From Raphidiopsis brookii D9 (GTDB taxonomy: Bacteria; Cyanobacteriota; Cyanobacteriia; Cyanobacteriales; Nostocaceae): a stretch of DNA of 32,000 nt. Positions within the stretch are counted from its first letter, which is position 1, and each line of letters opens with the position of its first letter. The stretch spans positions 180,001-212,000 of the forward strand of contig ACYB01000046.1 in NCBI GenBank assembly GCA_000175855.1. The letters are read 5' to 3'. The notes beneath the pieces were generated by a model. The model ran no database searches and was not told the origin of the DNA. It saw nothing but the letters and a program-made list of their open reading frames with translations. The position numbers and the translations under genes are program-made. Below are positions 30,828 through 32,000 of this stretch, piece by piece.

Positions 30828-32000
30828 ATGGGTGATCTAGAATCCAAGCCAAATCCGCAACTGCCAAGATCATTAATCATTTTGGGAACCACCATAGTGG
30901 TGGGGTTTGGTGGGTTCCAGGTCTACAAGATCCGGCAAAATAAACAAGAAAAAACTAGTTCAACACAAGCTGTGACAATTACAACACCGCCAGTTCGCAC
31001 AGTAACGGCTTTAGGGAGACTGGAACCGAGAGGAAAAGTGATTAAACTTTCTGCACCCACCCCAACTCAAGGGAATAGAGTCGAGCGACTTTTAGTAGAA
31101 GAAGGGGATATGGTAAAAGTTGGACAAGTAGTGGCAATTTTGGACAGTAGATCTCGATTACAAGCAGCATATCAGGAAGCAGAAGCAACAGTAAAAATAG
31201 CCCAGATTAATTTAGAAAAAGTGCAACAGGGTGCAAAAATCGGAGAAATAAAGGCGCAAAAGGCAGAAATCGGCAGAATAGAAGCACAAAGAATTGGCGA
31301 TGAAAGTGGACAGCAATTGACAATATTAAGACTAGAGGCTCAATGGCAAGGTGAAACCACATCACAAAGGGCAATAATTAATAGATTACAGGTACAAATA
31401 AAAAACGCCCAATTAGAATTAGAAAGATATCAGCAACTTTACCGAGATGGAGCAATTTCCCAGTCCTTGTTCGATAGCAAAACACTAACCGTTGAAACTA
31501 TTGCCCAACAGTTAAAAGAAGCAACAGCAAACCTGGAGCGCATGGATAAAAGTGGAAGAAGGCAAATTGAGGAAGCAAAAACTGCTCTCAATCGGATTCG
31601 CTCTACGGGTGGGGAACAAATCATTTCAGCTAAAGCAACCCTCGATAAAATTGCTGAAGTACGTCCAATAGACGTAGCAGCTGCGAGAGCTGAATTAAAT
31701 CGTGCCAAAGCTGTAGCAAAGCAAGCCAAAGCCAGTTTTGATCAGGTTTACATTAAATCTCCTCAAAAGGGAATAATATTTGATATCCACACCCGTGCTG
31801 GAGAGCTAGTAGGGAACGAAGGGATAGTAGAAATTGGGGAAACAAGCCAGATGTACGCAGTAGCAGAAGTCTACCAAAGTGACATCAGTAAAATTCTTCC
31901 TCAGCAACGGGTTAAAATATTGAGTAGTTCTCTAGAGGGAGAATTGCAGGGAACAGTAGATAGAATTGGTTGGGAAGTAAAAAGACAAAATGTGATTAAT
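30828..32000 (+). CDS. DevB-like/HlyD-family ABC exporter membrane fusion protein, 5' part; runs off the window
   Basis: ATG 30828 opens MGDLESKPNPQLPRSLIILGTTIVVGFGGFQVYKIRQ... with VRTVTALGRLEPRGKVIKLSAPT...VERLLVEEGDMVKVGQVVAILDSR, a long coiled coil and KSPQKGIIFDIHTRAGE. No in-frame stop found before 32000, which is why the track misses it. Confidence 0.88.
   Translation, partial: MGDLESKPNPQLPRSLIILGTTIVVGFGGFQVYKIRQNKQEKTSSTQAVTITTPPVRTVTALGRLEPRGKVIKLSAPTPTQGNRVERLLVEEGDMVKVGQVVAILDSRSRLQAAYQEAEATVKIAQINLEKVQQGAKIGEIKAQKAEIGRIEAQRIGDESGQQLTILRLEAQWQGETTSQRAIINRLQVQIKNAQLELERYQQLYRDGAISQSLFDSKTLTVETIAQQLKEATANLERMDKSGRRQIEEAKTALNRIRSTGGEQIISAKATLDKIAEVRPIDVAAARAELNRAKAVAKQAKASFDQVYIKSPQKGIIFDIHTRAGELVGNEGIVEIGETSQMYAVAEVYQSDISKILPQQRVKILSSSLEGELQGTVDRIGWEVKRQNVIN

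Overview
This looks like an ordinary chromosomal segment of a cyanobacterium, probably Nostocales-like. The evidence is 15 HIP1 (GCGATCGC) sites read by eye and cyanobacteria-typical families such as a Ycf21-like chorismate lyase, CcsA/CcsB, TIGR03943, DUF2949 and a DevB-type membrane fusion protein. In order it carries: the 3' part of lpxA; lpxB; an MgtC-family gene; a GHL10-type glycosidase-like gene; purF; purL; tRNA-Ala(GGC) with a good -35/-10 promoter; a chorismate lyase family gene; ccsB; a CECG-motif permease plus TIGR03943 pair; a Big_5-like protein; a coiled-coil protein; an FAD-dependent oxidoreductase; an aldo/keto reductase; a DUF192 lipoprotein; DUF2949; an LCP protein; a mannose-1-phosphate guanylyltransferase; an ABC ATPase plus permease; tex; a CLC/CBS/USP fusion; a TldD/PmbA protein; and the start of a DevB/HlyD-like membrane fusion gene. 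I found no convincing new multigene system, mobile element, CRISPR array or defence island. The strongest non-obvious signal is that six genes are split into two frames, each at an A/T homopolymer. In every case the frame is restored by removing one A/T, or one from each of two adjacent runs in the CLC gene. The shared direction suggests systematic homopolymer overcalls, although real decay or slippage-based recoding cannot be excluded from sequence alone. Product names rest on recognised motifs and overall family resemblance; no database search was run.
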